Made by a program: the position numbers and the translations under genes. From positions 1 through 39,446 of IMG/VR virus record IMGVR_UViG_3300045988_067321: DNA of 39,446 nucleotides. One strand, given 5' to 3'. Under the pieces are notes generated by a model. The model was not told the origin of the DNA and made no database searches. It saw only the letters and a list, made by a program, of their open reading frames with translations. This stretch comes from a virus. Of the stretch, positions 24,722 to 34,009 are shown piece after piece; the first letter of the stretch is position 1, and every line of letters starts with the position of its first letter.

Positions 24722-26087
24722 TTACGCAAACCGTAACTGATCCTGGCTATCATCAATCCGTATGTTCGGTATCCGTTCTCCAACCCTTAAATATGGACAA
24801 TTTGCTTCTACTAATTTTTGCGCCATTATCGGAACCACACTATTCCCTATTCTCGCAACCTGCTCCTTGATTGGATATGACTTCCACCTTATATCTCGGT
24901 TAATAATGTAATCCTTGGGAAAACCCTGCATAAGCTTTAGTTCCTCTGGTTTCAACATGCGAAGAAAAATATCAGCAATTGCATATTTTTTCTCCCTGTA
25001 CGTTAATTTCCACATTAACAAGTCCGAAACGATCTTTTGTAGTAATTGTATCTAGAGCCCTATCTATTGTTTGACAGCTTCCTCCAGAGCCATAATATTT
25101 AATCAAGAACGCAGATACTAGTCCAAAGTGCCCTGGTGATGTAGTGATGGTATGTAACGGCTCATCACATCCCTGTCCAATTCCAGTTTTGTAGTATTTA
25201 GTAATAAACGCTGTCACTAAACCATATCTATTGCTTGTGTCTATAGTTTTAATTGGCTCCGAAAGCAACTGTCCTCTGGATTCCCCAGCCTTTTGCTCGC
25301 CGTGGTACTGGATTAAAAATGCAACTGCATCATCATTTTCAACAATGTATGGCTTTGGATTTTCAATAACATATTTTCTGATTCCGTTTGCAATTCTTTT
25401 CTGTGTAGCTTCTGCGAGAGGTTTTTTTCTATCAAAAATGGATTTCCCCAGGTCTGACCAATCAATAAAATCTCCACACTGTTTCCACTTGGGTTCCGAA
25501 TCTTTGAAATGCGTCTGCTCTGGCTAGATAATGTCCTTTCCATCTCTGCGGAAAATTGCATACCAGCGTTTTCGTGTTGTCGGTGCACCGTAATTTGCTG
25601 CTACCAGCTCCCGGCTATCAAACGCATAACCAAGGCTCTTCATTGCCGTAATAAATTTCTTATAATCCTCACCTTGACGTTCCTTAATTGGATGCCCTTT
25701 TTCATCCAATGGACCCCATTGCTGTATTTCCTCTACATTTTCCATGATTATTACTTCCGGCAGAATCTGTTTTGCATGTTTATATACCGCCCAAGGAAGA
25801 ATACGAAGCCCCTTCTTTCGTGGCTGCCCTCCTTTGGCTTTGGAATGACTCGTACAATCTGGGCTTGCCCACATCAGTGCAACTTTTCTTCGCTTAACAT
25901 ATTTTTGTAAATCAACCTTAAAAATATCTTCTGTGAGATGAATTGTATCCGGGTGATTTACTTCGTGCATCCGTATAGCCTCTGGATCATGATTAATTGC
26001 AATATCTACATGTCTTCCTAGTGCCATCTCTATACCTACGCTTGCTCCGCCTCCGCCAGCGAAACAGTCGATTATCAAATCATCCAT
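24722..26087 (-). pseudogene. DNA (cytosine-5) methyltransferase disrupted by an in-frame TAG (25524-25526) and a frameshift in an A6 run (24986-24991).
   Basis: Motifs FAGGGGAS, SPDCTSHS, ENV and TTRKR precede the TAG. The same frame stays open to 24972. RMLKPEELKLMQGFP and GNSVVP lie in the +1 frame. Confidence 0.8.
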
Positions 26088-26092
26088 CTTTA

Positions 26093-26647
26093 TTACCTCT
26101 TCTCCTCTACGAATTGCCCACATCTTGCTTTCCCGCCTTTGCAAGTGCCACCATTTAAGTTATGCCACATACAATCATAGCAACTTAGTTCCTTTTTCAT
26201 AAAAACGAGCCAGTGTGTCTTTGCTCTTTTATTTCCTAATATTGGCTTTTCATTAAACAGTTTTAATATTTCAGACAGCTTAATCTGCTCTTCATTCCAT
26301 TTAAAAATCAATGTTCCTTCCGGCTTCAGCACTCTCATGCATTCCGAAAAGCCTTGCTTTAAATCCTCCCTCCAGTTCTCGTTTAATTTTCCATATTTCT
26401 TGGCCAACCATGATTTTTCTCCGACTTTCAACAAATGCGGCGGATCAAAAACAACCATGCTAAATGATTTATCGCTAAATGGTATTTTTCTAAAATCAGC
26501 AATTATGTCCGGCTTGACTTCTAATTTCCTGCCATCACAAAGAGTTTCTTCTATTTGCCTACAATCCATAAACAACACATCCGGATTATCTTTGTTAAAG
26601 TAAAACATCTTGCTCCCACAACAGACATCTAAAATCGGCTTATACAT
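26093..26647 (-). CDS. SAM-dependent DNA methyltransferase (DPPH motif, N6-adenine/N4-cytosine class).
   Basis: ILDVCCGSKMFYF (motif I-like) and VVFDPPHL. AAAGGTGA RBS before ATG 26647. Confidence 0.65.
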   Translation of the reverse strand: MYKPILDVCCGSKMFYFNKDNPDVLFMDCRQIEETLCDGRKLEVKPDIIADFRKIPFSDKSFSMVVFDPPHLLKVGEKSWLAKKYGKLNENWREDLKQGFSECMRVLKPEGTLIFKWNEEQIKLSEILKLFNEKPILGNKRAKTHWLVFMKKELSCYDCMWHNLNGGTCKGGKARCGQFVEEKR

Positions 26648-26750
26648 TCTTCTATCACCTTTCTTCCTCGTCCTATCCATTCTCTTATCTACCTCGTCCC
26701 GAAAGGAGCTGCACGGCTCTTCTGGCCATGTATGATCCTCTGGCAAGTTT

Positions 26751-26915
26751 CTATTTCTTCTCCCTAACAAAATACACCCTCCCGCACCTCACACACTTAT
26801 ACCTTCTACCTGCATTAGTGACTCTCTTAAATCTCTCGCAGCCACATCTACACCGTTGGCGACTGCCGTCCTCATCTCTAAGGACAACAGTGCGGTTTGT
26901 TGTCATAAATATCAT
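26751..26915 (-). CDS. Small zinc-ribbon protein (54 aa). Not in the ORF track.
   Basis: Hand translation contains CRCGC...CVRCG. AAGGTGAGAGG RBS. Confidence 0.5.
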   Translation of the reverse strand: MIFMTTNRTVVLRDEDGSRQRCRCGCERFKRVTNAGRRYKCVRCGRVYFVREKK

Positions 26916-26992
26916 TTGCCTCTCACCTTCTTCTTTCTTTTCTTCTTCGTCCCTTTATAGATAAATGCTGCCATGCTTCCATTTTTCCTCAA

Positions 26993-27829
26993 TTACGCTA
27001 ACCCTAACCTTTCTTTTACATCTGCGAAGTTATTTTTCAAATTCTGCCGTCTTCTGCTTTCTCCTTTAACCTCAATCGGGAAACATCTTTCTAGGATTCT
27101 GTCATATATTCGGCTATAACCGATGTCTCCATTCTTTTTGATTTCTTCTGCTGATAGGTTTGTCGTGATGATAAACGGCAACCCGGAACGATATCTACTG
27201 TCGATTATGCTAAATACTGTTTCCTGCATATACTCTGACTTCCTTTCTGCTCCAAGATCATCTATTATCAGCAGGCTGTATCTGTTAAGACTGTCGATAT
27301 ACTCATTCTTATCATCAAATCGACCTTGTATCTCATTTGTCAGCCTTGCAAAGTTTGTCATAAGCACGCTATATCCTATATCGATTAATGCATTTGCTAT
27401 GCAAGCCGCATAATATGTCTTTCCAGTGCCTACTGAGCCATATAGCAATAAACCTCTACCCTCCTCCTTAAAGTCTCTAAAATCAGCGGAATATCGCTTC
27501 ATAGCGTTAGATATTTTAGGGTTCTTCCCGTCATCATTCGCAAATGTCCATTCAGCCATATTTGTTTCAGCAAAACATCTCCTGCGCATTCTTTCATTTT
27601 CTGCTTGTATTTCCGCCTGCTTGTACGCTTCCATCTCTTTCTGTTTACAATCGCAGATACAACGCACCGTTCTTTTTTCTCCTTCAAACTCTACAATCGT
27701 CTGAGTTTTTTTATGACAGACTGCGCAATGCAACAGCCCATCATCTCCTATGTATTCGTTTTCAGCTTTCGGAACATTTTGACTTATGCTGTCAATCATG
27801 TTATTCAATGCCGTTATCATGTTTATCAC
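26993..27829 (-). CDS. DnaC/IstB-like AAA+ helicase loader with an N-terminal Cys cluster.
   Basis: Walker A LLLYGSVGTGKT and Walker B LLIIDDLG. Follows the replisome organizer. Confidence 0.8.
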   Translation of the reverse strand: MINMITALNNMIDSISQNVPKAENEYIGDDGLLHCAVCHKKTQTIVEFEGEKRTVRCICDCKQKEMEAYKQAEIQAENERMRRRCFAETNMAEWTFANDDGKNPKISNAMKRYSADFRDFKEEGRGLLLYGSVGTGKTYYAACIANALIDIGYSVLMTNFARLTNEIQGRFDDKNEYIDSLNRYSLLIIDDLGAERKSEYMQETVFSIIDSRYRSGLPFIITTNLSAEEIKKNGDIGYSRIYDRILERCFPIEVKGESRRRQNLKNNFADVKERLGLA

Positions 27830-27844
27830 CTCATGCTTTTTCTC

Positions 27845-28627
27845 CTAAAACAAATCGTCAAGATCGTTCATATCATTTCTAAGCGTATTATTTGTCTTTA
27901 CCACTCTGCCATTAGCAGCGCTTCCATCTCTTCTTGCCCAGTTTAAAATAGTCGCGTAATGGCTCTTATACTTTGCGCCCTTCGACTCGATATAGATAGA
28001 TAATCGCTCAATACGATCTTCCCAATCTGGGAACTTATCTTTAAGCTTATCTAGTTCGGTATCAGTCAAAAGAACATTATTGTATTCCCCGTATTTATGT
28101 TTTGCAGTTTTTTTCTGCTTCTGCGGTTTGTCCGTAGGGCATATATCTATATCTTTATCTAAATCTATATCTTTATCTATATCTATATCTGTGTAAACAG
28201 ACTGTATACGATTTGTTTCCATTTTGTTTCCATTCTGATTCCGCTTTGTTTCCGTTTTGGAAACTGGAATATATTTCTTCTCTTCATCCAGTGTATAAGA
28301 CTTATTTTGCTTAATAAAAAGCATGTTCTTTTCGTCCATATATACTGTGGGTGTGTACCGATCAGTTTGGATGCAGTTATGCATTTTCCAGTGCTTTATG
28401 ACGATTACGCCATTTTCGAAAGTAAGGACAAACCGCTTTGCAATCAGCAGTTTCAGATCATCTTCACTGCATCCTACCATGCGCATAATCTTCTTTGGAT
28501 TTCCGATAAATCCATCATCATCCGCTCTCATGTTAAGATGGAAATATAAGCACTGCGTAGATAAAGGCATATCTAAAAAAGCGTCAGAATCAACGATTTT
28601 AATATTAAACATCCTCTTATTTGCCAT
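27845..28627 (-). CDS. Phage replisome organizer / DnaD-like replication initiator.
   Basis: N-terminus MFNIKIVDSDAFLDMPLSTQCLYFHLNMRADDDGF, and a C-terminal YATILNWARRD. Confidence 0.8.
   Translation of the reverse strand: MANKRMFNIKIVDSDAFLDMPLSTQCLYFHLNMRADDDGFIGNPKKIMRMVGCSEDDLKLLIAKRFVLTFENGVIVIKHWKMHNCIQTDRYTPTVYMDEKNMLFIKQNKSYTLDEEKKYIPVSKTETKRNQNGNKMETNRIQSVYTDIDIDKDIDLDKDIDICPTDKPQKQKKTAKHKYGEYNNVLLTDTELDKLKDKFPDWEDRIERLSIYIESKGAKYKSHYATILNWARRDGSAANGRVVKTNNTLRNDMNDLDDLF
28141..28254. repeat. Iteron cluster, the probable replication origin, inside the replisome organizer gene.
   Basis: ATCTATATCTTTATCT at 28145 and 28163 (18-bp period) plus a partial third copy. TTTGTTTCC at 28212, 28223 and 28245. 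Confidence 0.6.
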
Positions 28628-28988
28628 CTTCTACACGCTCCTTTAGTTCCATACCTGCTTGAAACTCTCTGTATATTTGCATCCAGTCATCGAGTTCCAT
28701 TGTGACCAGTATGCTGTGATTATTCTTTTTACTAAATACTGCTGGCAGTAACCCTGCTCCTCCAGCTTTTGCATCTCGCTTTGCCTGGTCCATCCAGTCG
28801 TAAAGCTGCATCCGTTCCTGGTGCTTTGCTTCGACATGGATTCCGGGAAGTCCCACGACATCCGATGCATCGCCGGTATTCCCACAGTATTGCGCTGTTC
28901 TACGCGCTTCTGTATAGCCATAGTCTCTAAATAAACCGGCAAGCTGCCTTTCAAAGCGGGCGCCCTTTTGCTTACTGTTTACAGCCAT
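28617..28988 (-). CDS. PD-(D/E)XK nuclease, a putative Holliday junction resolvase.
   Basis: KGARFERQ...GDASDVVG...VEAK arrangement. GGGGAAGGA RBS before ATG 28988. Confidence 0.55.
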   Translation of the reverse strand: MAVNSKQKGARFERQLAGLFRDYGYTEARRTAQYCGNTGDASDVVGLPGIHVEAKHQERMQLYDWMDQAKRDAKAGGAGLLPAVFSKKNNHSILVTMELDDWMQIYREFQAGMELKERVEDGK

Positions 28989-29090
28989 TCCTTCCCCTTT
29001 CTCTCCTGCCGGACAGACGTAATCGGCAGGAGACTGAAACAAATTTACAAGTTACATGTGATATATTCCTTACTCCTAAGAGACATAAGG

Positions 29091-29405
29091 CTATAAATAA
29101 TTCTTGTGAAATTCCTGCCGGAACTCCTCTCTTGTGCCGCAATGCTCCTCATAGTAGCGCTGGCACTGCTGTTTTAAATAAATATCAAGTTTTCCGTTTG
29201 GATTCTGATGCACACTGAACCTTCCGTTTTGATGCAGATCCCGGCGAAGCGGTGCAATAAAGCGATATTCCTCGCTCAGCATCCTCTCATTATGTGTATG
29301 GTGGAAGATGTGGTGTCGTTCCACGTCACAACTTCCGGTAAACATGCAATGATCCATGTCGTCAGTAAAAATACTTTCCAGTCTTTTGGTCAATATTGAC
29401 ACCAT
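29091..29405 (-). CDS. Hypothetical His/Cys-rich protein. The start is uncertain.
   Basis: ORF overlaps the upstream gene by 44 nt. CMFTGSCDVERHHIFHH motif. Confidence 0.4.
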   Translation of the reverse strand: MVSILTKRLESIFTDDMDHCMFTGSCDVERHHIFHHTHNERMLSEEYRFIAPLRRDLHQNGRFSVHQNPNGKLDIYLKQQCQRYYEEHCGTREEFRQEFHKNYL

Positions 29406-29961
29406 ACCTCTCTTTTAAAATTCGCTTTTCATCCGGTGATACAATCTCACAATCCGGCATGCCTGCTTCTTTGCAGCGGTCAATCAGTCCATCAATCAGC
29501 CGCGCCATCTCCTCGGTGTTATATGTACTGGACCCGCGCATTAAAAGGTAGGTCCGATACATAACGCCATCTTTTCCTTCCCTTACTTCTGTGGTGGGTT
29601 TTAGATGGTATTCCATTGCATCCCGCACCTTGCGATCGGTCTCATCTGTATCTGGAAGTGGTGTCCTGACTGCTTGTCCATCTATGATGACTGGATAGCC
29701 GTATTCGCACAACAGTTCGTTGTGCAGTTCTGGATTCGACTTCTTTGTGATTCTTCCCAACTTTGCGACCAAAGTCCAATAATACCCGTTTGCGTCAAGG
29801 CTCCTCTTCTTGCGATATGGCCTGATTTCAAGGCTTAATTTGTCATAGCCTTTCAACTCTTCATAGGCTTGCGAAAAGTCCTCATTTGAGGCAAATACAA
29901 GCATTGGACGAAGTGTATCGTAATCAATAATCGGCTTTTTCAATATTCCGGTGAGTTTCAT
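29362..29961 (-). CDS. NinB/Orf-like recombination mediator.
   Basis: YRKKRSLDANGYYWTLVAKLG resembles lambda NinB ERNRSLDQNRKLWACLGDVS. Confidence 0.45.
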   Translation of the reverse strand: MKLTGILKKPIIDYDTLRPMLVFASNEDFSQAYEELKGYDKLSLEIRPYRKKRSLDANGYYWTLVAKLGRITKKSNPELHNELLCEYGYPVIIDGQAVRTPLPDTDETDRKVRDAMEYHLKPTTEVREGKDGVMYRTYLLMRGSSTYNTEEMARLIDGLIDRCKEAGMPDCEIVSPDEKRILKERYGVNIDQKTGKYFY

Positions 29962-30500
29962 TACTCCTCACCCATCTTACGCATAAGCGCCATGAATTGT
30001 CTTACGGTCAAGTCTTGCAGAGCAGTGACTTTATAATAACGGCACACGTTTTCCACGGTCTGGCCGTGTTTTGGAATACAGGATTCTAATGTCTTTACTT
30101 GCGCTGCTGTGATCTGGGTTGATTCGCTTTGTTGCTTTATGGCGTTTAATACTTCCTCTGCGCTCGCAACACTTGTATCAATTCCAATTCCGCACATTCC
30201 AAGCGCTCTTCCAACCGCCGAAGTCTCGCAGTTTTCTATGTAAGATGTCTTGTTTATAAAGCTTGAATCCTCTTTTTCATAGGCATGTCCAACGCCTAGA
30301 ATAGAGCCGAATTCGTCCCTTACTTCTGCCGACATCACACACATGCCATCTTGCAAAGACTCTATCTTAGTAGTAATAGATCCGTTCGGAAACAACATGC
30401 GGAAAACCTTGATTCTTTGGTTCACTTCTGCATACTGCTTGCCTTTTACGTCAATCGTGCTAATTTCTTTATTTGCGATCTGCAATGCTTCAAATGTCAT
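29961..30500 (-). CDS. Putative single-strand annealing protein (Rad52/Sak-like).
   Basis: Position in the recombination module. NCETSAVGRALGMCGIG motif. GGAGAGGTGA RBS before ATG 30500. Confidence 0.4.
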   Translation of the reverse strand: MTFEALQIANKEISTIDVKGKQYAEVNQRIKVFRMLFPNGSITTKIESLQDGMCVMSAEVRDEFGSILGVGHAYEKEDSSFINKTSYIENCETSAVGRALGMCGIGIDTSVASAEEVLNAIKQQSESTQITAAQVKTLESCIPKHGQTVENVCRYYKVTALQDLTVRQFMALMRKMGEE

Positions 30501-30513
30501 AACTTCACCTCTC

Positions 30514-30690
30514 CTATGCAAATTCTCTGTAATTTTCCTTCAAACACGTTTCGCAGACACATCCGTCTACCGTGTAAATAGCATCGCCCTCCCAAAAGGG
30601 CTGACCACAGATGGTGCAATACCCTTTTGCTTCCGGATCGTCGGGCGGTGTAGTCTTTCTGTCGTCGTAATTAGGGATAGGCTCAATCAT
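30514..30690 (-). CDS. Small zinc-ribbon protein (58 aa).
   Basis: CTICG...CVCETC. The ATG overlaps the upstream stop (ATGATTGA). Confidence 0.5.
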   Translation of the reverse strand: MIEPIPNYDDRKTTPPDDPEAKGYCTICGQPFWEGDAIYTVDGCVCETCLKENYREFA

Positions 30691-30850
30691 GCAGCTCACC
30701 AACCCTTTCGATTCCTAATATTGCCAAAACTGTTCTATCAGTCGACGATATATACTCATCATTAATAGTTTCATAAAATCTCGCCACCGCTCGAATCAGT
30801 GCCACCGCCTCCTCTGCCGGTATATCATCATTAAATTCCCATTTTTTCAT
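30683..30850 (-). CDS. Hypothetical 55-aa protein. Not in the ORF track.
   Basis: AGGAGGAAAA RBS. Translationally coupled to 30514-30690. Confidence 0.45.
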   Translation of the reverse strand: MKKWEFNDDIPAEEAVALIRAVARFYETINDEYISSTDRTVLAILGIERVGELHD

Positions 30851-30906
30851 CTTGATTTTCCTCCTATTATCGCTTACTATTTAATTGGATTATTTAATAA
30901 GGGCGC

Positions 30907-31089
30907 TTATCGGTTTACATACCGTGCGCTCTTTTTTACTGGGTGAGAGATGTTGATCAGCTTCAAATCCTCCAACCCTTTCTTCTTTTCCTGCTGATGT
31001 GGAAATGGAATAATATCTCCCATCGGCTCACTCTTCTTTTCGTATTGCTCGATTTTTCCGTGCTTATTAAAAAATCCTAGAATGCTCAT
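30907..31089 (-). CDS. Hypothetical 60-aa protein.
   Basis: ORF coupled to the upstream gene (ATGA overlap). Confidence 0.45.
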   Translation of the reverse strand: MSILGFFNKHGKIEQYEKKSEPMGDIIPFPHQQEKKKGLEDLKLINISHPVKKSARYVNR

Positions 31090-31295
31090 GCTTGTCCACC
31101 TCCTTTCTCAATTCCTAAAAGCTTATCAAGCTTATGTTGCCAGATAAAATACTCCCAGGTACTTCTTACTCCTTTTTTTGGCGGATATGCCTCGCCTAAA
31201 TCCCAGATTCCCCGCTGCATCTTAATCCTTACGCAGTGCGCGGAACATCCGATCTGTTTCCCTGCTTCTTCCGGGCTTAACCTTTTTGCCATGTG
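31086..31295 (-). CDS. Small DNA-binding (HTH, excisionase-like) protein.
   Basis: MAKRLSPEEAGKQIGCSAHCVRIKMQRG is an HTH_17-like pattern. Confidence 0.4.
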   Translation of the reverse strand, partial: HMAKRLSPEEAGKQIGCSAHCVRIKMQRGIWDLGEAYPPKKGVRSTWEYFIWQHKLDKLLGIEKGGGQA

Positions 31296-31372
31296 GCACC
31301 TCCTTTCTTGCAAATACGGTACACGGATACATCCTGCTGCTCTCAAGGCAGTTATTGTATTTCCTGCAATCT

Positions 31373-31873
31373 TTACAAGTCACTTGTAATCACCGGGACC
31401 TTTCTTATATTCCCTGATACATCCTTTAATTCGACAGTTTTATGCAGCATTACCATGTATTTGTTGTACACAGCTATCATTTCATCTAGCATTTCGGCAG
31501 ATATTCTTGCTTCTGTTCCTGTCAGATCACTGATTTTTCTCACCTTTCTTCTGCTGGCACTGCATATATCTGTGTAAAATGGGTTTCTGTAATTAAAACC
31601 ACGCGCCACGAATTGTCCGGGTTGATTATGAATCATTTTCCCTAATTCCAAGAAATGCAACCATGCTTCTCTGTCGTAATACCTTTTATCAAGGCACGCA
31701 TTTTCTCTCGAGTCATGATTGACAAACAAAGGCAAACCAAGTGGTTTTACCGTGCATGCAGTGACAAGCTGCGTTGGAGCCTTTAACTCCGCAATCCTTG
31801 CTTGTGCCTCCTTCACTATTTTCTCTAATTCCTCAAGCTCGCTCATATTAACTATTCTTTCTTGCGTTTCCAT
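31373..31873 (-). CDS. Hypothetical 166-aa protein.
   Basis: ORF only. Confidence 0.5.
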   Translation of the reverse strand: METQERIVNMSELEELEKIVKEAQARIAELKAPTQLVTACTVKPLGLPLFVNHDSRENACLDKRYYDREAWLHFLELGKMIHNQPGQFVARGFNYRNPFYTDICSASRRKVRKISDLTGTEARISAEMLDEMIAVYNKYMVMLHKTVELKDVSGNIRKVPVITSDL

Positions 31874-31891
31874 TTATTTTCCCCTTCCTCT

Positions 31892-32611
31892 TTACGCTGC
31901 CTTACTTAGAAACTTATTAATAAAGTACTGCTGCCCTTTTCCAGTCACTTTCGGAGTGCGTGAAATCTTATTACAGCCATTCCCATCAATATGTACTGAC
32001 TCTTTGATCTCAAACAATCCCATGTCCATACTCTTCTGCGTTGGTAAGTTCCAATCACTACCCTTTCTTTTAATCAGGTAGCCATTTTCTCGCATCCATC
32101 CAAACAGCCTCTGCGCTCCGATGTCTACCCCATTCTGACGTAAGATTTTGGCTAAATCTCCGACAAGGATAGATGTATTCGCTGTTGTGATAGCTTGCCC
32201 TAAGATTGCGTGCGGTTTCATCTCCTCGATCTGCGCTGTTTGCTCTTCGATGGTCTTCTGGGCTTCTAATACTGCCAGAGCAAGGAGTTCTTTGCCTTGC
32301 GGAACATGTTCTTTTATGATGTTTTCTATCTCGTGAAATCGTTTGATGTACTTCGCTGTGAACTCCGTTCCTTTGATTCCAGTAAGCTTATGTGCGATAA
32401 ACTCGCACCCATCTTTTGTGATTAAGTAGCACGGTTTTCTTCTGTTTGATTTGTCTGTATACTCTGATTCTGCAAAGAAATCGGTCGGCTCAATTTTGAG
32501 CTCACCTAATTCACTTACATATCCTCTAATGTCTCGGATAATATTCTTATGCTCTTTGCCTACCATCTCAGCCACTTCTCTACTGTCTAATTTTTGTTCT
32601 AATTCGTTCAT
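31892..32611 (-). CDS. Rha-family regulator fused to a KilAC/ANT antirepressor domain.
   Basis: LDSREVAEMVGKEHKNIIRDIR...CYLITKDGCEFIAHKLTG (Rha), with a C-terminal ANT-like LFGWMRENGYL. Confidence 0.75.
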   Translation of the reverse strand: MNELEQKLDSREVAEMVGKEHKNIIRDIRGYVSELGELKIEPTDFFAESEYTDKSNRRKPCYLITKDGCEFIAHKLTGIKGTEFTAKYIKRFHEIENIIKEHVPQGKELLALAVLEAQKTIEEQTAQIEEMKPHAILGQAITTANTSILVGDLAKILRQNGVDIGAQRLFGWMRENGYLIKRKGSDWNLPTQKSMDMGLFEIKESVHIDGNGCNKISRTPKVTGKGQQYFINKFLSKAA

Positions 32612-32624
32612 GCTTGCCTCCTGT

Positions 32625-32798
32625 TTATCCTGCTTTTCTTGTTTCTTTTAAAAATGCAGATGCAGCCATCGAAATGATCCCATCGATTTTCCCCTGCACT
32701 CGCTCTGGGAACTTATCCCAATTTTCTGCGATTATTTTAAAATCTTCGAGCCTTTTCTCTTCCTGCTCTTTTGTAATTTTTTCTACTGCTTCACTCAT
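32625..32798 (-). CDS. Hypothetical 57-aa protein. Not in the ORF track.
   Basis: AAGAGGTGTGAGG RBS. Hand translation MSEAVEKITKEQEEKRLEDF... Confidence 0.45.
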   Translation of the reverse strand: MSEAVEKITKEQEEKRLEDFKIIAENWDKFPERVQGKIDGIISMAASAFLKETRKAG

Positions 32799-33024
32799 CC
32801 TCACACCTCTTTTCTTTCATTGGAATTTTTGAGTCTTGATTGTCTGCAACAAGTATTTGAAAAGATTCTGTAAGAAAATTTCTTATGGAATCTCTTTCTT
32901 TTCTTCGGATGCATTTTCTTAATCTCAACGTCTCGTCAAACATAGCCTGACATAAGAAAGATACTGCATTCTCTTTTGTATAGTTCAGAACCACTGAATC
33001 ATCAGAAATTTTGTAGACACTCAT
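32791..33024 (-). CDS. Hypothetical 77-aa protein.
   Basis: GAGAGGTGA RBS before ATG 33024. Confidence 0.5.
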   Translation of the reverse strand: MSVYKISDDSVVLNYTKENAVSFLCQAMFDETLRLRKCIRRKERDSIRNFLTESFQILVADNQDSKIPMKEKRCEDE

Positions 33025-33130
33025 TCTTTTCACCTCTCTTTCTTTTGATTTATTGCCGTTTGTTTGCATATCTCCTATACTATAGATACAGGACACTGCC
33101 ATGTCTGAGTATCACGAAAGGAGTAATCTT

Positions 33131-33358
33131 ATGAGACGTTGTAATTCACCTTTTAACGGAAAGCAATTTGTTTTAAACAAAAACACTGGAGAAATTCACG
33201 ATCTAGACCGCGAAACACCGCAATGTCAAATCGATGAAATAAAACCAGAACATGTTTTTAACTGCGACACTTATACAGAAGCTGTGATTTTTGCTTCCAT
33301 GCTTGCTGCAAACAGAAACGGTTGTGCTTACTGCATGCCTGAAAACAATAGAGGATAA
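33131..33358 (+). CDS. Cys-rich 75-aa protein on the opposite strand to the early operon.
   Basis: AAGGAG RBS 7 nt before ATG 33131. Five Cys including CAYC. Converges on and overlaps 33328-33684 by 31 nt. Confidence 0.55.
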   Translation: MRRCNSPFNGKQFVLNKNTGEIHDLDRETPQCQIDEIKPEHVFNCDTYTEAVIFASMLAANRNGCAYCMPENNRG

Positions 33359-33684
33359 TCACTTTCTTGAGCTGCTTCTAATGTATGTCGCAGCTCTTCC
33401 TCTGAAATTTCCTTTTTTAAAGCGTCTTCCAGCTTTTCAGGCGTTTTAAATTCTTCTGCCAACGCAATGATCATCTCACTGAATTCTCGTTCAGCACTAA
33501 TCGCTTTTAAAAGTTCGAAATTATTTACAACCCTTTTTCTCTTTCGATTTAAAAATCTTTCTACGAATTGCCATCCTTGTGATTCTTTCAATTCTTCCCA
33601 CTCTTTTTCGGGAAGCTCAAAAGATATTGCTGCGATGGATTCTCCTCCTAAAAATGTTTTGTGTGTGCAAAAAATTTCATGCAT
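33328..33684 (-). CDS. Hypothetical 118-aa acidic protein.
   Basis: ORF with an AAAGGAAAGGAG RBS. Confidence 0.55.
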   Translation of the reverse strand: MHEIFCTHKTFLGGESIAAISFELPEKEWEELKESQGWQFVERFLNRKRKRVVNNFELLKAISAEREFSEMIIALAEEFKTPEKLEDALKKEISEEELRHTLEAAQESDYPLLFSGMQ

Positions 33685-33784
33685 CTCTTCACTACTCCTT
33701 TCCTTTTATCACTGTCCTCTGCATCTTCCGGGCTTGGAACCGGCTTCGGCTGCATTACAGTGCCGAGATAACCCGGCTATTGAG

Positions 33785-34009
33785 TTAAATATGTAATAAT
33801 GCGACTTGTTTCAAATTATTTTCTTTTATATAAGCAAGAACATCTTCTTCCGTCCCCGCTACCACTGTCGCTGTACATCCTTTTGTAACTTTGTCTAAAT
33901 GGTAGAAATCTTCGTTATTTCTTAAAAAGAAGTTCGATTTTCCTTTCATGTAATGCGTTGCGTATTCGCCTTTTTTCATTGTCCTGATTACCATATCTAA
34001 AACTGTCAT
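33785..34009 (-). CDS. Hypothetical 74-aa protein, first early gene.
   Basis: First ORF downstream of the minus-strand consensus promoter. Confidence 0.55.
   Translation of the reverse strand: MTVLDMVIRTMKKGEYATHYMKGKSNFFLRNNEDFYHLDKVTKGCTATVVAGTEEDVLAYIKENNLKQVALLHI

Noticed and set aside
25524-25526. The in-frame TAG at a Trp position, together with a phage-encoded tRNA-Trp, suggested stop-codon recoding or suppression.
   Set aside because: The tRNA anticodon reads CCA, not CUA, and cannot decode UAG. All other large genes, including the 1342-aa tape measure, are uninterrupted under the standard code. The same gene also carries a frameshift. A simple nonsense mutation or a sequencing error is more likely.
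25313-25588. 91-aa ORF within the methyltransferase region. Similar nested ORFs occur at 28643-28954, 27499-27687, 22475-22690, 20677-20880 and 9684-9890.
   Set aside because: They are out-of-frame overlaps of recognisable genes, with no motifs or RBSs.
28141-28192. Short tandem repeats that might be a CRISPR-like mini-array.
   Set aside because: The period is only 18 bp with no spacers, and the repeats lie inside an open reading frame of the replication initiator. This fits origin iterons.
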